This document shows positions 28,006 through 37,845 of a stretch of DNA of 64,000 bases, piece after piece. Each line of letters starts with the position of its first letter. Positions within the stretch are counted from its first letter, which is position 1. Below the pieces are notes generated by a model, which made no database searches, was not told the DNA's origin, and worked only from the letters and a program-made list of their open reading frames with translations. Location of the stretch: positions 846-64,845 of the forward strand of contig CAYYYP010000011.1 in the NCBI GenBank assembly GCA_964475985.1, given 5' to 3'. The translations under genes were made by a program, and so were the position numbers. The stretch comes from an uncultured Oligoflexia bacterium (lineage in GTDB: Bacteria > Bdellovibrionota > UBA1018 > CAYHWW01).

Positions 28006-29844
28006 TCAAATTTCACTCAAAATTGCAGACAGTTCCTTAATGTACTCATCAGAATAATTGATTGTCATTTCTCGTGAAGCAAAAAACGGATTCATCATCG
28101 TCATTCGGATGAGCACCACTTCATCGGAATCGCGCTTTGCCATCCAAGAGGGAGTCCATTGATCAAGATAGGCGGTATACGATTTCCAATGAAGAGATGT
28201 TTTGGAAACCATGAAAGCGCTATCCTGGTGCTTAGGAGAAAACCTGTCAAATACACGCAGCGTGCGCTCGTTACTTTTAGAAATGGACTCTCCTAGTTTT
28301 GCGCAGGTAAAACACAAGATATTCGTGTCACAGCCTGGGGCAACCTGAAGCGGAAGATTCTCTACAATGAGCCTTTTCCCGAGCTCTTTAGAAATTCTTG
28401 CCGTTCGCTCTAAAAGAAGCCCGTATCCATTTGGATTCAATCCCATCGTTTTTGCCGTCATCCACGTGGCGATTGCACCTGCTGCGGAACGAGAGCCTTC
28501 GATGGTATAGGGGCCTTTATCCTGCGTTTCATCGAAGTCGATGTAAGGCGCATCATCAAAGGTGCTAAAATAGTAGTCTCTTTTGTCCCGAGTTAAAAAA
28601 GCCCCAGATGCATAAGGAACATAGCCCAGTTTATGCGGATCTAAGGTTACTGAATCCACTCGCGAGATCGCATGTAGGGCGTCTTTACTTTGAGACGAAA
28701 GCGCTATTGAATGGTTTAGATCCACGGTTCTAAAATATCCACCAAAGGCGGCATCCACGTGATGCCAGATGTGAATCCCACTTCCTTTTTTCCAATGATC
28801 AAGCACATCTTGAACCTTGTTCACTGGATCAATCCCACCCAGTTCCGTCGTCCCAACCACTGAGACCACAGCCAAGACAGGGCGGCCTTTGACAATGGCT
28901 AAATCTAAGAGTTGCTTTAAATGGTCGATGGATAATCTGCCGTGAGAATCAAGTTGAATGGGCCATAACGCTTCAGCACCGAGGCCCAGCATCCGGCATC
29001 CTTTTTTCCAGGAGTAATGCTTGTTTTCAGGTACTAGAAGTACAGGTCCCAAAAATTCTTGTCCGCCACTCAGTATCTCAATACGATCAGAAAGCTCTAT
29101 GGGATTTGCTACTCCCATTTTCCATTTTGCAATCTCAGATTGACTAATAGATGCATGCTGGATCTTGGCCATAGCATCATCAAGCTGGTTCCATCCAGAG
29201 TGAGCAGAGAGCGTGGGATCGAAGGACTCTATTTTTCTTGATTCTTTAAGCGCAGCCTGACTGGCAAGCCAAAGTGCCATTCGAGATTGCGCGCGGATTA
29301 AAGCTTCAAGGTTAGCAATAGTCCCACCCGAAGTGAAATGACCAGCTCCCGATTGGCTCGGGAATCCCACCATGGAAAGAAGAAACTCAATTGCTTCATT
29401 TTCGATTTGGGTACCAACACGAGAGGATTCGCCAGAAATATTATTGGGATTATGTAGAAGTGTAACCACATGACCAAAAAGAGCAGGAAGTGAAACTTCG
29501 GAGAACATGTGGCCTACATAACGAGGCGAAAACTTAGGAACCTCCTGTTCAAGTCTTGCTAGAAGATCCATGGTTACTTTTTGGAAGATCTCTTTTCGCT
29601 CAATGAAGCTGTGAGAACTTTGATCAAGCGTGCTGATCGCAGAACCATCCTCTGGAAAAAGGGACTTTCGCCAGCTAGTCCAGCGCTCAAAAACGGAATC
29701 TAAGAGCGCTAAAACCCATGGGGCGTTTTCTGCTTGAGGCCCAAGAAAAAAACTCTTGAGCGCCACCTCCTTAGGGTCACATTTGGGTTTGATGGGTTTT
29801 CTGGTCGATTTCGCCATTCTGCTTCCTTTGAGTTCAGTCTTCAT
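28006..29844 (-). CDS. Group II PLP-dependent decarboxylase (tyrosine-decarboxylase-like)
   Basis: YVGHMFSE, HYSWKKG, HVDAAFGGY, TLDPHKLGYVPY, TIEGSRS. Confidence 0.85.
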   Translation of the reverse strand: MKTELKGSRMAKSTRKPIKPKCDPKEVALKSFFLGPQAENAPWVLALLDSVFERWTSWRKSLFPEDGSAISTLDQSSHSFIERKEIFQKVTMDLLARLEQEVPKFSPRYVGHMFSEVSLPALFGHVVTLLHNPNNISGESSRVGTQIENEAIEFLLSMVGFPSQSGAGHFTSGGTIANLEALIRAQSRMALWLASQAALKESRKIESFDPTLSAHSGWNQLDDAMAKIQHASISQSEIAKWKMGVANPIELSDRIEILSGGQEFLGPVLLVPENKHYSWKKGCRMLGLGAEALWPIQLDSHGRLSIDHLKQLLDLAIVKGRPVLAVVSVVGTTELGGIDPVNKVQDVLDHWKKGSGIHIWHHVDAAFGGYFRTVDLNHSIALSSQSKDALHAISRVDSVTLDPHKLGYVPYASGAFLTRDKRDYYFSTFDDAPYIDFDETQDKGPYTIEGSRSAAGAIATWMTAKTMGLNPNGYGLLLERTARISKELGKRLIVENLPLQVAPGCDTNILCFTCAKLGESISKSNERTLRVFDRFSPKHQDSAFMVSKTSLHWKSYTAYLDQWTPSWMAKRDSDEVVLIRMTMMNPFFASREMTINYSDEYIKELSAILSEI

Positions 29845-29869
29845 CTTCCCTTAATATATCCAGTTTCTT

Positions 29870-29885
29870 TATGACCTAGATCATA
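29870..29885. promoter_or_regulatory. Second TATGA-N6-TCATA box, upstream of the nirK operon
   Basis: TATGACCTAGATCATA; 15/16 identical to the reverse complement of the 23818 box. Confidence 0.7.
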
Positions 29886-29940
29886 AGAGATTGAATGGTT
29901 TCGACCGATCATTTGTATTAAAGAAGGGAGCGCAGACCCT

Positions 29941-30981
29941 ATGGATAAGAGTGCTAATTTCGTCTCGAAAGAAAATTTAAAAACAAGAATTCTACTTTTC
30001 TTCCTTGTCATAGGATGCGCATCACTTTGGATGCCCCTCGCTAAGGCCCAAGAACCAGACTCTCTGGATTCACATAAGATTTCGCCTCAAACTGAGAATG
30101 AAAAACCAACCGAGCAATCTGTTGCTTCACAAAACTTAGCCCCTTACGCTATGCCTTGGCAACTTCGCACCATCATCCCTGGAACGGGGGCGCGATTTGA
30201 TTCGGCGGTTGCCTTTTATGATGATAAGAACGGGAACGCGGCTGGAACTGCGATTGCGAGCATGCTGGGCGGGAATTATAAGCTTTTGCCTGAGCTTGCT
30301 TTGTCGATACGAGTTGGATTCGTAAATAATAACCCTCCTGCAAGCGCTCCTTCCGCCACTTCCTTTATCAATCCGTTTTTGGGTGGACTTTATTCGTTTA
30401 AGCTCTCTAGTGATTTTCGATTGGGTTTTTTCCTGGGCGTAACCGTCCCACTTGGAACAGGCGGCGGGAATTATCCAGATCCAGCGATTCAATCGGCTAA
30501 CTCGGCAGGGATTCTTGCGCGCTCGGCCATGGATAACGCTCTTTTTGCCGTGAACTATTTCACAGTAATCCCTGGGGTTGATCTTGCCTACATCGCACAT
30601 GGGTTTACCGTTCAGCTTGAGGCAACGCTTCTTCAATTAACCCGCGTGCGTGGTGAGCAAATCGACAAAGATCCTTCGCGCACTAATTTTACATCAGGCG
30701 TCGCGGTGGGCTATGCCTTTTCGCCACAAGTTTTTCTTGAAAGCGAGCTTCGCTATCAGCGCTGGCTGGATAATCAAACGGTGGCCGCTTCTGCTTCACC
30801 TGCAACCGAGAATTTATCCTTTGCGGTAGGGCCAAGGTTTCAACTTAAAACAGGCAATCTTACGATGAAGCCTGGGCTTGCCTATGCTCAAGGAATTTCA
30901 GGTCCCATGGCACATGGGGGCTATACATATCCGACAAATAGTGACAAAATTATCTTTTTTGATATTCCAGTGAGTTTTTAG
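29941..30981 (+). CDS. Putative outer-membrane beta-barrel protein
   Basis: Signal peptide, alternating beta-strand pattern, C-terminal Phe (FFDIPVSF). Confidence 0.65.
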   Translation: MDKSANFVSKENLKTRILLFFLVIGCASLWMPLAKAQEPDSLDSHKISPQTENEKPTEQSVASQNLAPYAMPWQLRTIIPGTGARFDSAVAFYDDKNGNAAGTAIASMLGGNYKLLPELALSIRVGFVNNNPPASAPSATSFINPFLGGLYSFKLSSDFRLGFFLGVTVPLGTGGGNYPDPAIQSANSAGILARSAMDNALFAVNYFTVIPGVDLAYIAHGFTVQLEATLLQLTRVRGEQIDKDPSRTNFTSGVAVGYAFSPQVFLESELRYQRWLDNQTVAASASPATENLSFAVGPRFQLKTGNLTMKPGLAYAQGISGPMAHGGYTYPTNSDKIIFFDIPVSF

Positions 30982-31016
30982 TGGCTTGGATTCTCCGGAC
31001 GGAAAGGACTGGGTAA

Positions 31017-32507
31017 ATGGCTATGGCGCATCACGGCATCTTCGATTATTTCAAAAATGCATCTTTCATGATGAGTGTGTTATTGTTTGGGTTAAGCTTT
31101 AGCGCCCAGGGAGCCATCACTTCAGATCTCGACAATCGAGGTGAGAAAATCGAGGGTCAAGAAAACGCGATTTTAACCGACGCTCCCAATCTTCCGCCCC
31201 CTATCACCAGAAAACATGCCACAAAAGTTATCGTGCACCTTGAAGTCAAAGAAGTCCAAGGCAGGCTCGCAGATGGCGTAAAATACACGTTTTGGACTTT
31301 TGGCGGAAAGGTCCCTGGAAAATTTATCCGAATTCGCGAAGGCGATTTCGTTGAGTTTCATCTCGATAACCATCCCGAAAACAAAATGCCTCACAACATT
31401 GATCTTCATTCAGTCAATGGTCAAGGAGGTGGGGCCGCTGCCTCACTTACAGCTCCAGGTCATAGCTCGGTTTTCTCATTTAAGGCGCTCAATTCCGGGC
31501 TTTACGTTTATCACTGCGCAACAGCTCCCGTTGGGATGCACGTTGGAAATGGAATGTATGGTCTCATTTTAGTTGAGCCCAAAGAAGGTTTACCTAAGGT
31601 GGATCACGAATACTATGTGATGCAAGGCGACTTTTATACTAAAGGCCCTAATGGTCAGCAAGGTCTTCAACCCTTCAGCATGGAAAAAGCGATTCAAGAA
31701 AAACCTGAATATGTGGTTTTTAATGGCTCAGTAGGAGCACTTTCTGGCGATAACGCACTTACTGCAAAGCCCGGCGAAACCGTAAGACTCTTTGTTGGAA
31801 ACGGTGGACCGAACCTCACTTCTTCATTCCACGTGATCGGAGAAATTTTTGATCAAGTTTGGCCGGAAGGAAACATGAGCCAAATCGCTCACAACGTTCA
31901 AACGACCATCGTCCCATCCGGAGGCTCATCGATTGTTCAGTTTCGGGTGAATGTGCCGGGTACTTACATTTTAGTTGATCACGCACTTACTCGTGCTTTT
32001 AACAAAGGAGCTCTTGCTCAGCTTAAAGTGGCGGGCGATGAGGATAAGCTTGTGTACTCTGGAAAAGTCAGCGACGAAGTTTATCTCCCAGAAGGAACTC
32101 GTATTCGAGTCACCGAACAGCCCTCAAAACTTACACCTGCTGCCACCTCAAAACCACAGCGCATTGAACGAGGCAAGGCCGTCTATATGACTAACTGTGC
32201 GGCCTGCCATCAGGCGAATGGTCAGGGAATTCCTCATGCGTTTCCACCTCTAGCGAAATCGGATTTCTTAAACGCAGATAAGAACCGTGCGATCAAGACC
32301 GTAACCGGAGGGCTTCAAGGAAAGGTCATCGTGAATGGCCAAGAATACAATGGCGTGATGCCCGCATGGACACTCAGCGATGAAGACATCGCAAATGTTC
32401 TTACCTATGTCTACAATACTTGGGGAAATTCTGGAAAAGAAGTCACCCCAGCAGAAGTGAAAGCACATGCTGAGAAAAAGGGTTCACAACATAAGTCAGA
32501 GGAATAA
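31017..32507 (+). CDS. nirK: Copper nitrite reductase with C-terminal cytochrome c fusion
   Basis: [35 protein letters not shown]; C-terminal CAACH and GVMP. Confidence 0.95.
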   Translation: MAMAHHGIFDYFKNASFMMSVLLFGLSFSAQGAITSDLDNRGEKIEGQENAILTDAPNLPPPITRKHATKVIVHLEVKEVQGRLADGVKYTFWTFGGKVPGKFIRIREGDFVEFHLDNHPENKMPHNIDLHSVNGQGGGAAASLTAPGHSSVFSFKALNSGLYVYHCATAPVGMHVGNGMYGLILVEPKEGLPKVDHEYYVMQGDFYTKGPNGQQGLQPFSMEKAIQEKPEYVVFNGSVGALSGDNALTAKPGETVRLFVGNGGPNLTSSFHVIGEIFDQVWPEGNMSQIAHNVQTTIVPSGGSSIVQFRVNVPGTYILVDHALTRAFNKGALAQLKVAGDEDKLVYSGKVSDEVYLPEGTRIRVTEQPSKLTPAATSKPQRIERGKAVYMTNCAACHQANGQGIPHAFPPLAKSDFLNADKNRAIKTVTGGLQGKVIVNGQEYNGVMPAWTLSDEDIANVLTYVYNTWGNSGKEVTPAEVKAHAEKKGSQHKSEE

Positions 32508-33330
32508 CCTTTTCTCGCAAAAGAATGCTTGTTCCTTTGTAATTGCAATCATGCTTACCGCCGGATGCGTTCTCCTTTCGCATCCGGCAAAGGCTTCCCA
32601 AAAAGAGTTCCTTTTACCTTCTGGAAGCTATCTGCCGTTTTTCTCTCCTAAGAGTTCAAAGGACAAAAGATCATCCGATGATGTGATAAAAAAGCCCGTT
32701 ACCGTTCAATCATTTTGGATGGATACTTATCCAGTCTCAAACGGCGACTTTCTAGAGTTCGTAAAAGCCAATCCTGATTGGCGACGCTCCAAAGTAAGTC
32801 GCATTTTTGCCGATGATTCTTATTTAAAACACTGGAAAGGCGATCTCTCGCTAAAAACACCTAAAGACCTAAATCGTCCGGTGATTCACATCTCTTGGTT
32901 TGCAGCTCAGGCCTATTGTGAATCCCTAGGACGTGAGCTCCCAACAACGGATCAATGGGAATACGCAGTAAATAATGGTGGTCAACATCAAGATCAAATC
33001 AAGCAAGCCATCATTGCCTGGTATAGCGAACCCAATTCAAAGTCTTTACCTAATGTCAAAGCCACATCCGCGAATCACTACGGTATTCGCGCTCTTATTG
33101 GTGTGATCTGGGAGTGGACGCTTGATTTCAATAACACGATGATGGGCTCTGAACTCAGAAACAGTGGAATTAAACAAGAAGATCTCTTTTGCGGTGCAGG
33201 AAGCTTAGGGGCCTTGGACGCTTCAGACTACGCCAAATTTATGAGGTATTCGTTTCGTGGAAGTTTGAAGGCCGATTACACGACAGCAAATCTTGGCTTT
33301 CGATGCGCGAGGGAGGCAGCAAAAAAATGA
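32467..33330 (+). CDS. FGE-sulfatase domain protein (NirV-like); start may be near 32551
   Basis: [41 protein letters not shown]; follows nirK. Confidence 0.85.
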   Translation: MLRKRVHNISQRNNLFSQKNACSFVIAIMLTAGCVLLSHPAKASQKEFLLPSGSYLPFFSPKSSKDKRSSDDVIKKPVTVQSFWMDTYPVSNGDFLEFVKANPDWRRSKVSRIFADDSYLKHWKGDLSLKTPKDLNRPVIHISWFAAQAYCESLGRELPTTDQWEYAVNNGGQHQDQIKQAIIAWYSEPNSKSLPNVKATSANHYGIRALIGVIWEWTLDFNNTMMGSELRNSGIKQEDLFCGAGSLGALDASDYAKFMRYSFRGSLKADYTTANLGFRCAREAAKK

Positions 33331-33947
33331 AATATCAAACAACTTTAAATTATGGTCAGTGGCTCTTAATATTCGTGCTACTCGCAATCCCGTTTATTCA
33401 GATACGTGCCGTTCAGGCAGATGCATTAAATTTAAAAAGTAAATCTCTTTACCACTCAAAAACTCAGTTTGAGAATCAAGAGGGCAAAAAGATTTCTCTC
33501 TCGGATTTAAAAGGTACACCCTTAGTAGTGGCTATGCTCTACACCAGCTGCCAGGCGTCTTGTCCGCTGACGATGGCTGATCTTCGGGCCATAGAAAAAG
33601 GGCTCTCGCCTGACGAGAAGAAAAAAGTCAGATTTGCTGTTTTTACTTTTGATTCTGAAAAAGACACTCCAAAACACCTGAAGTCATTTTCTCAAAAGCA
33701 AAACGTTGACCTTAGCCATTGGACTTTTTTCCATAGTAGCCCTAAAAACATTCGCGAGCTTGCAGCATTGCTAGGAATCAAATTCAAAAAACTTGACTCA
33801 GGCGATTTTGACCACTCCAATATCATTACGATTCTCGACCAAGAGGGAGTCATCATTCATCAGCAAGTTGGAGTTCGTCAAAATCCAGAAGAGTCCATTC
33901 AGACGTTAAAGAAACTTCTTGGCAGCGAAAGTCACGACAAGAAGTGA
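33327..33947 (+). CDS. SCO1/SenC copper chaperone; start moved to MKYQTT
   Basis: YTSCQASCP, FDSEKDTP, FDHS; ATGA overlap. Confidence 0.9.
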   Translation: MKYQTTLNYGQWLLIFVLLAIPFIQIRAVQADALNLKSKSLYHSKTQFENQEGKKISLSDLKGTPLVVAMLYTSCQASCPLTMADLRAIEKGLSPDEKKKVRFAVFTFDSEKDTPKHLKSFSQKQNVDLSHWTFFHSSPKNIRELAALLGIKFKKLDSGDFDHSNIITILDQEGVIIHQQVGVRQNPEESIQTLKKLLGSESHDKK

Positions 33948-33971
33948 TCTCTAAATTCATCCCTTGTCCTT

Positions 33972-34535
33972 TCAATGATCAAGCATGATCTGAATGTTCA
34001 CATCGAGCTTATCTTTGCAGCGAAGTGAGCCACCCATTCCGGTAAGCGGCTTAATCTTAAAGTCGCTCTGGAGAATACTGGCCTGACACAAAAGACTGTT
34101 TTTTGTGTGCTTAAAAACAAGGTCAATCTCTTTGGAAATTCCGTTAATCGTAAGCTTTCCCATAACGACTACAGAAAACGGGTAACAAGAATCTCGAATG
34201 GAGGCTACCGTCGAGACAAAATGGATTTCTGGAAACTGATCGATTTTAAGAATTTTATCTGAAACTGCCTTGAGAATTCTTGAATGATCAGAGCTTGAGA
34301 TTTTTTCAGAAATAACTTTAAGAGAATCGGCATTCACCAACACCTGAACTTGAGGTGTAGAATTCAAGTCCACTTGAGCTTGAATTTTTGATGCCAGTAG
34401 TTTTGGAGAAGTGGTCACAAAAGAAAGAGGCCCTTCGACTGAGGTTTGAATCTCAATACGAATCTCCTTTTCTGTAAGGCTTCGGGGCAGGCTATTTTGA
34501 AGGTCTGCGGATCTCCCTTCGGATCTGAAATTCAC
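33972..34535 (-). CDS. YceI family protein
   Basis: QFPEIHF.ST, GKLTINGISKEI, QSDFKI. Confidence 0.75.
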   Translation of the reverse strand: MNFRSEGRSADLQNSLPRSLTEKEIRIEIQTSVEGPLSFVTTSPKLLASKIQAQVDLNSTPQVQVLVNADSLKVISEKISSSDHSRILKAVSDKILKIDQFPEIHFVSTVASIRDSCYPFSVVVMGKLTINGISKEIDLVFKHTKNSLLCQASILQSDFKIKPLTGMGGSLRCKDKLDVNIQIMLDH

Positions 34536-34686
34536 CTAGTCTCTCTTTCGACAAAGGATAAAGATTCTAGGTCAGTGCAAATAACGTGCGCTGTTATTTT
34601 ATCATTCTAGAGGAGAAAATCACTGCATTTTGAGCAAAATTGTCCCATCAACGGGACATCTCGGAGACTGTTCTCATGCCCCTGTC

Positions 34687-35247
34687 TTAAAGTGGCGCTG
34701 ATCCAGTAAAGCGGTATACTCGTAAGCGAAACCGCCATCCCAGCGCCAACGAAGTATACCCCCCGAAAACCGAACCGATCATCCAAGCGATCCCAAATGT
34801 TATTGCGACCGTAGCGCCGAGAGAGGCAAATACAAAAACGGAGAGCCAGGAAAGCAAAACCAACTGTACAAACTCTCTCTTACGGATGGCTCTGATCTCT
34901 TCTGGTTTGAGGACAAGGCTTGAGACAAACATACTTGCACCTAAAAAAAGAGCCCCACACGCAATAGAGCAAACGAGCTCGCCAAAATGCATGAAAAGGG
35001 CCGTAAGCCCCATACCTTCAAAAAGCCCAATTCCAAACTGCGGACAAATGAGCAGCACCAAAAATCCAACAACAAAATGGATTAGAGCAAGTTTAACAAA
35101 CACCATCCATTGTGAAGGATTCAAATCGCTCTGCACTATCTTGATGATCCGAGAGGAAATGGGTTCTGGCGGCTCTCGCTTTTCCGCCGAGAGAAAGCTT
35201 TGAAATTCATTTGCCCACTCATTTAAAAGTAATTTTTTCTCATTCAT
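34687..35247 (-). CDS. Membrane protein, putative anti-sigma factor
   Basis: Coupled to the ECF sigma gene; TM helices containing Cys (ICPQFG, VCSIACG). Confidence 0.65.
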   Translation of the reverse strand: MNEKKLLLNEWANEFQSFLSAEKREPPEPISSRIIKIVQSDLNPSQWMVFVKLALIHFVVGFLVLLICPQFGIGLFEGMGLTALFMHFGELVCSIACGALFLGASMFVSSLVLKPEEIRAIRKREFVQLVLLSWLSVFVFASLGATVAITFGIAWMIGSVFGGYTSLALGWRFRLRVYRFTGSAPL

Positions 35248-35768
35248 CGGTTTTTCCTTAATTTTTTAATCGCGCGACTGATAAGTTGCCGCACATTCGC
35301 GGGCGAAGTTTCAAGACGCCTTGAAATGTCGTCAAACGAATAATCGTGCGCAAACCGAAGTGTCACTGCTTGCTTCTGAGATTCGGAAAGCACAGCCAAA
35401 TTCGGAAGAGATACTTTCGGCTCCAAGTCTTGGGTTTGGGCATGAGCCTGCTCAATATACTCTGGGCTAAGATCTTCGATCGAATTCTCTTTTTTCCTTA
35501 CCGCATCGATCATCACGGTTCGACAAATCGTAAAGAGCCAAGGCAGAAATGGAAAAGATGGATTGTATTGGCCTCTAGAACGATGAAGTTTCAATAACGT
35601 AGCTTGAAAAACGTCATCGACGACCGGGCGCTCTTTGAGTCTCTGAACAAGATAGCCATAAACTTTGGAGGAGTGCCTCTGGTAAAGCTCACAAAAAGCG
35701 AGTTCGTCGCCTTGTTTATACTTCGTCATGAGCACCTCGTCAGATAAGGACTTCATCTCTTTCGCCAT
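35244..35768 (-). CDS. ECF RNA polymerase sigma factor; start moved to MAKEMK
   Basis: DDVFQATLLKLHR, WLFTICR..MID, region 4 with RQLISRA. Confidence 0.9.
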   Translation of the reverse strand: MAKEMKSLSDEVLMTKYKQGDELAFCELYQRHSSKVYGYLVQRLKERPVVDDVFQATLLKLHRSRGQYNPSFPFLPWLFTICRTVMIDAVRKKENSIEDLSPEYIEQAHAQTQDLEPKVSLPNLAVLSESQKQAVTLRFAHDYSFDDISRRLETSPANVRQLISRAIKKLRKNR

Positions 35769-35926
35769 ATAGTTATTGGACTCTGGTCCGCTTATTATTC
35801 CTACGTTCCAAATGGCTATTTTGTGACACTCAAACAAAAAATAAATGCCGTCACAAAGGCTCTTTTAGGTTCGTATTTAACTATAGCGTTAACCAATGTT
35901 TTGAACCAGAAAGGAAGATCTTATTT

Positions 35927-36118
35927 ATGCGTTTACCAATACTTTTCGCTCTAGCTCTCCTGGCGACAAATCCTGCTTTTTCAGCCGATACTCACTGCCA
36001 ATGCAGCAAGGAATGCATGGAAAGTTGCCAGAATGGGCACGGAAAAGACTGCCAGTGCAAGCATTGCGATTGCAAGAAAACAGGAAAGTGCAGTGACAAT
36101 CACTGCGAGAAAAAGTGA
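35927..36118 (+). CDS. Secreted Cys/His-rich metallothionein-like peptide
   Basis: Signal peptide ending AFS-A, then 44 aa with 10 Cys and 4 His. Confidence 0.7.
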   Translation: MRLPILFALALLATNPAFSADTHCQCSKECMESCQNGHGKDCQCKHCDCKKTGKCSDNHCEKK

Positions 36119-36415
36119 CGAGCGGTTATCCGCTGTGAAATGGCAAGAAGTAGCAGTCTTTATTAGATAGGCTTAGTGTCTTTGGGTTGCTCTGGCGGTA
36201 CGAGCAAGTCTTCAAGAGAAAATTCGGCAAGCTCCGACCTGCTCGCCAGGCCTGCCTTGGAGTAGATCGAAGTGGACTGATCTCGAAGGGAGTAGGTCTA
36301 AACAAAGGCCGCTCCCTTCGTCTGCGCTAGAAGTGACTTTCGTATTGAGCCGTGGATTCTTGATTAGAATTGACAGACTGTTTTTAAGGCGAGTATCCAA
36401 AACCCTGAGGGTTTC

Positions 36416-36802
36416 ATGATCACGTCCCATTTTATTCTTTATGTCAGCGACCAAGAGCGAAGCACTCGATTTTACTCCACCGTTCTTGGACAAAAACCAC
36501 AGCTTCATATGCCAGGTATGACAGAGTTTGGATTAAGCGATACTTGCGTTCTAGGGCTAATGCCCGAAGCAGGAATTAAGCGCCTGCTTGGTGATCGACT
36601 ACCTGATCCCGCAATCGCCAATGGAACTCCCCGTGCGGAAGTCTATCTCCGAGTCGATGACCCTCAAGCTTTTCATCAACGCGCAATTGAAATGGGTGCG
36701 CAAGAGCTGAGTCCCCTGGAAAAGCGAAGCTGGGGCGATATTGCTACATATAGTCTTGATCCTGACGGGCACGTACTTGCTTTTGCCAAAGCGGCTAAAT
36801 GA
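36416..36802 (+). CDS. VOC/glyoxalase family protein
   Basis: ILYVSDQERS..FY, WG....Y..DPDGHVLAFA. Confidence 0.9.
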   Translation: MITSHFILYVSDQERSTRFYSTVLGQKPQLHMPGMTEFGLSDTCVLGLMPEAGIKRLLGDRLPDPAIANGTPRAEVYLRVDDPQAFHQRAIEMGAQELSPLEKRSWGDIATYSLDPDGHVLAFAKAAK

Positions 36803-36809
36803 ATAGATT

Positions 36810-36872
36810 AAAAATTTTTCGCAGGCGACATGGAATATCCGCATCAGAGCCCGACCCACCCCCATCCCCCCC
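36810..36872 (-). other. cos/packaging-site-like G-tract
   Basis: Minus strand GGGGGGGATGGGGGTGGGTC...GCGAAAAATTTT. Confidence 0.3.
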
Positions 36873-37066
36873 TTAAGAGGCTTTCCCTTTTCAATCAATC
36901 ACCCCGTACGCGATAGGGTTAGCTAAGGGTAAAGAAACCCTTTGCATACCCTTTGAGTAAAATGTGGGCTTTAAAACACCCGGATCGATTCGGAATTAGA
37001 GGGAGAGATCAGAACCGAAATTAGGTTCCAACCTATGCCTTGGCGAAGTTGGCAGCGACGAACTGT

Positions 37067-37163
37067 CTTATTTCGCTTAATTCGCACTTCGCAGCGTTGT
37101 ACCAAAGATGGGAGGGACTTCTCTTCTCTTTGCTTCGCTTAATTCGCTTATTTCGCACTCGCA
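37067..37163 (+). repeat. TTCGC iteron-like cluster matching the primase 3' end
   Basis: TTCGC at 37072, 37081, 37088, 37134, 37143 and 37152; 37140-37158 is the exact reverse complement of 750-768. Confidence 0.7.
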
Positions 37164-37260
37164 AGCCTTCCAGGGCAGGAGAGGCGCGTACCCAAAACTT
37201 CAGTTTGGAGTACACCCAAAACAGCATTTCGGCGCTCAATAGTATCAAGGGGTTGGAAGG

Positions 37261-37845
37261 TCAGTTTTGGAGGGGTTTGGGGTACAGCGACTTTTGAACG
37301 CTGCCCTTGGCAATCCCAAGCTTGGTGGCTATCTGGCGAATAGAGAGGCCCACAGAGCGAAGCTGACGGATCGCCTCGTCATCGCGCTCTTTCCTACGTC
37401 CAAGCTTTCGACCCTTCTTCTTAGCGTTAGCAAGACCGGCACGGACCCTCTCGCGAATAAGGCTTGCCTCAAACTCCGCGAAAGCGCCAATCAGATGGGC
37501 CATAAGGCGTCCTGCTGGGGTGCTTAGATCAATTTGATCTTTCATTGAAATGAAGTCCACACGGCAATCCTGAAGCGTCTCAAGCAAGCTCAATAAATCC
37601 TTCAACGAACGAGCAAAGCGGTCGAGCTTCCACACGAGACCCAAAGAAAACTTGCCAGTCTGCATATCAGCGAGCATCTGCTTGAGTTGGGGACGATTGG
37701 CGGTCGTACCCGTGATCTTCTCCTCGTAGATTCTGTAAGCCTCCCAGCCTTTGCTCTTGGCGAACTCCGTCAGCTCGCGAATCTGCAATTCCGTGTCCTG
37801 CTGCTCCGAAGAAACCCTGGCATACAGGGCAACATGCTTTTTCAT
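37261..37845 (-). CDS. Small serine recombinase (resolvase/invertase) with C-terminal HTH
   Basis: YARVS, RPQL, VWKLDRFARS, AFAEFE..LIRERV.AGL..A. Confidence 0.95.
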   Translation of the reverse strand: MKKHVALYARVSSEQQDTELQIRELTEFAKSKGWEAYRIYEEKITGTTANRPQLKQMLADMQTGKFSLGLVWKLDRFARSLKDLLSLLETLQDCRVDFISMKDQIDLSTPAGRLMAHLIGAFAEFEASLIRERVRAGLANAKKKGRKLGRRKERDDEAIRQLRSVGLSIRQIATKLGIAKGSVQKSLYPKPLQN

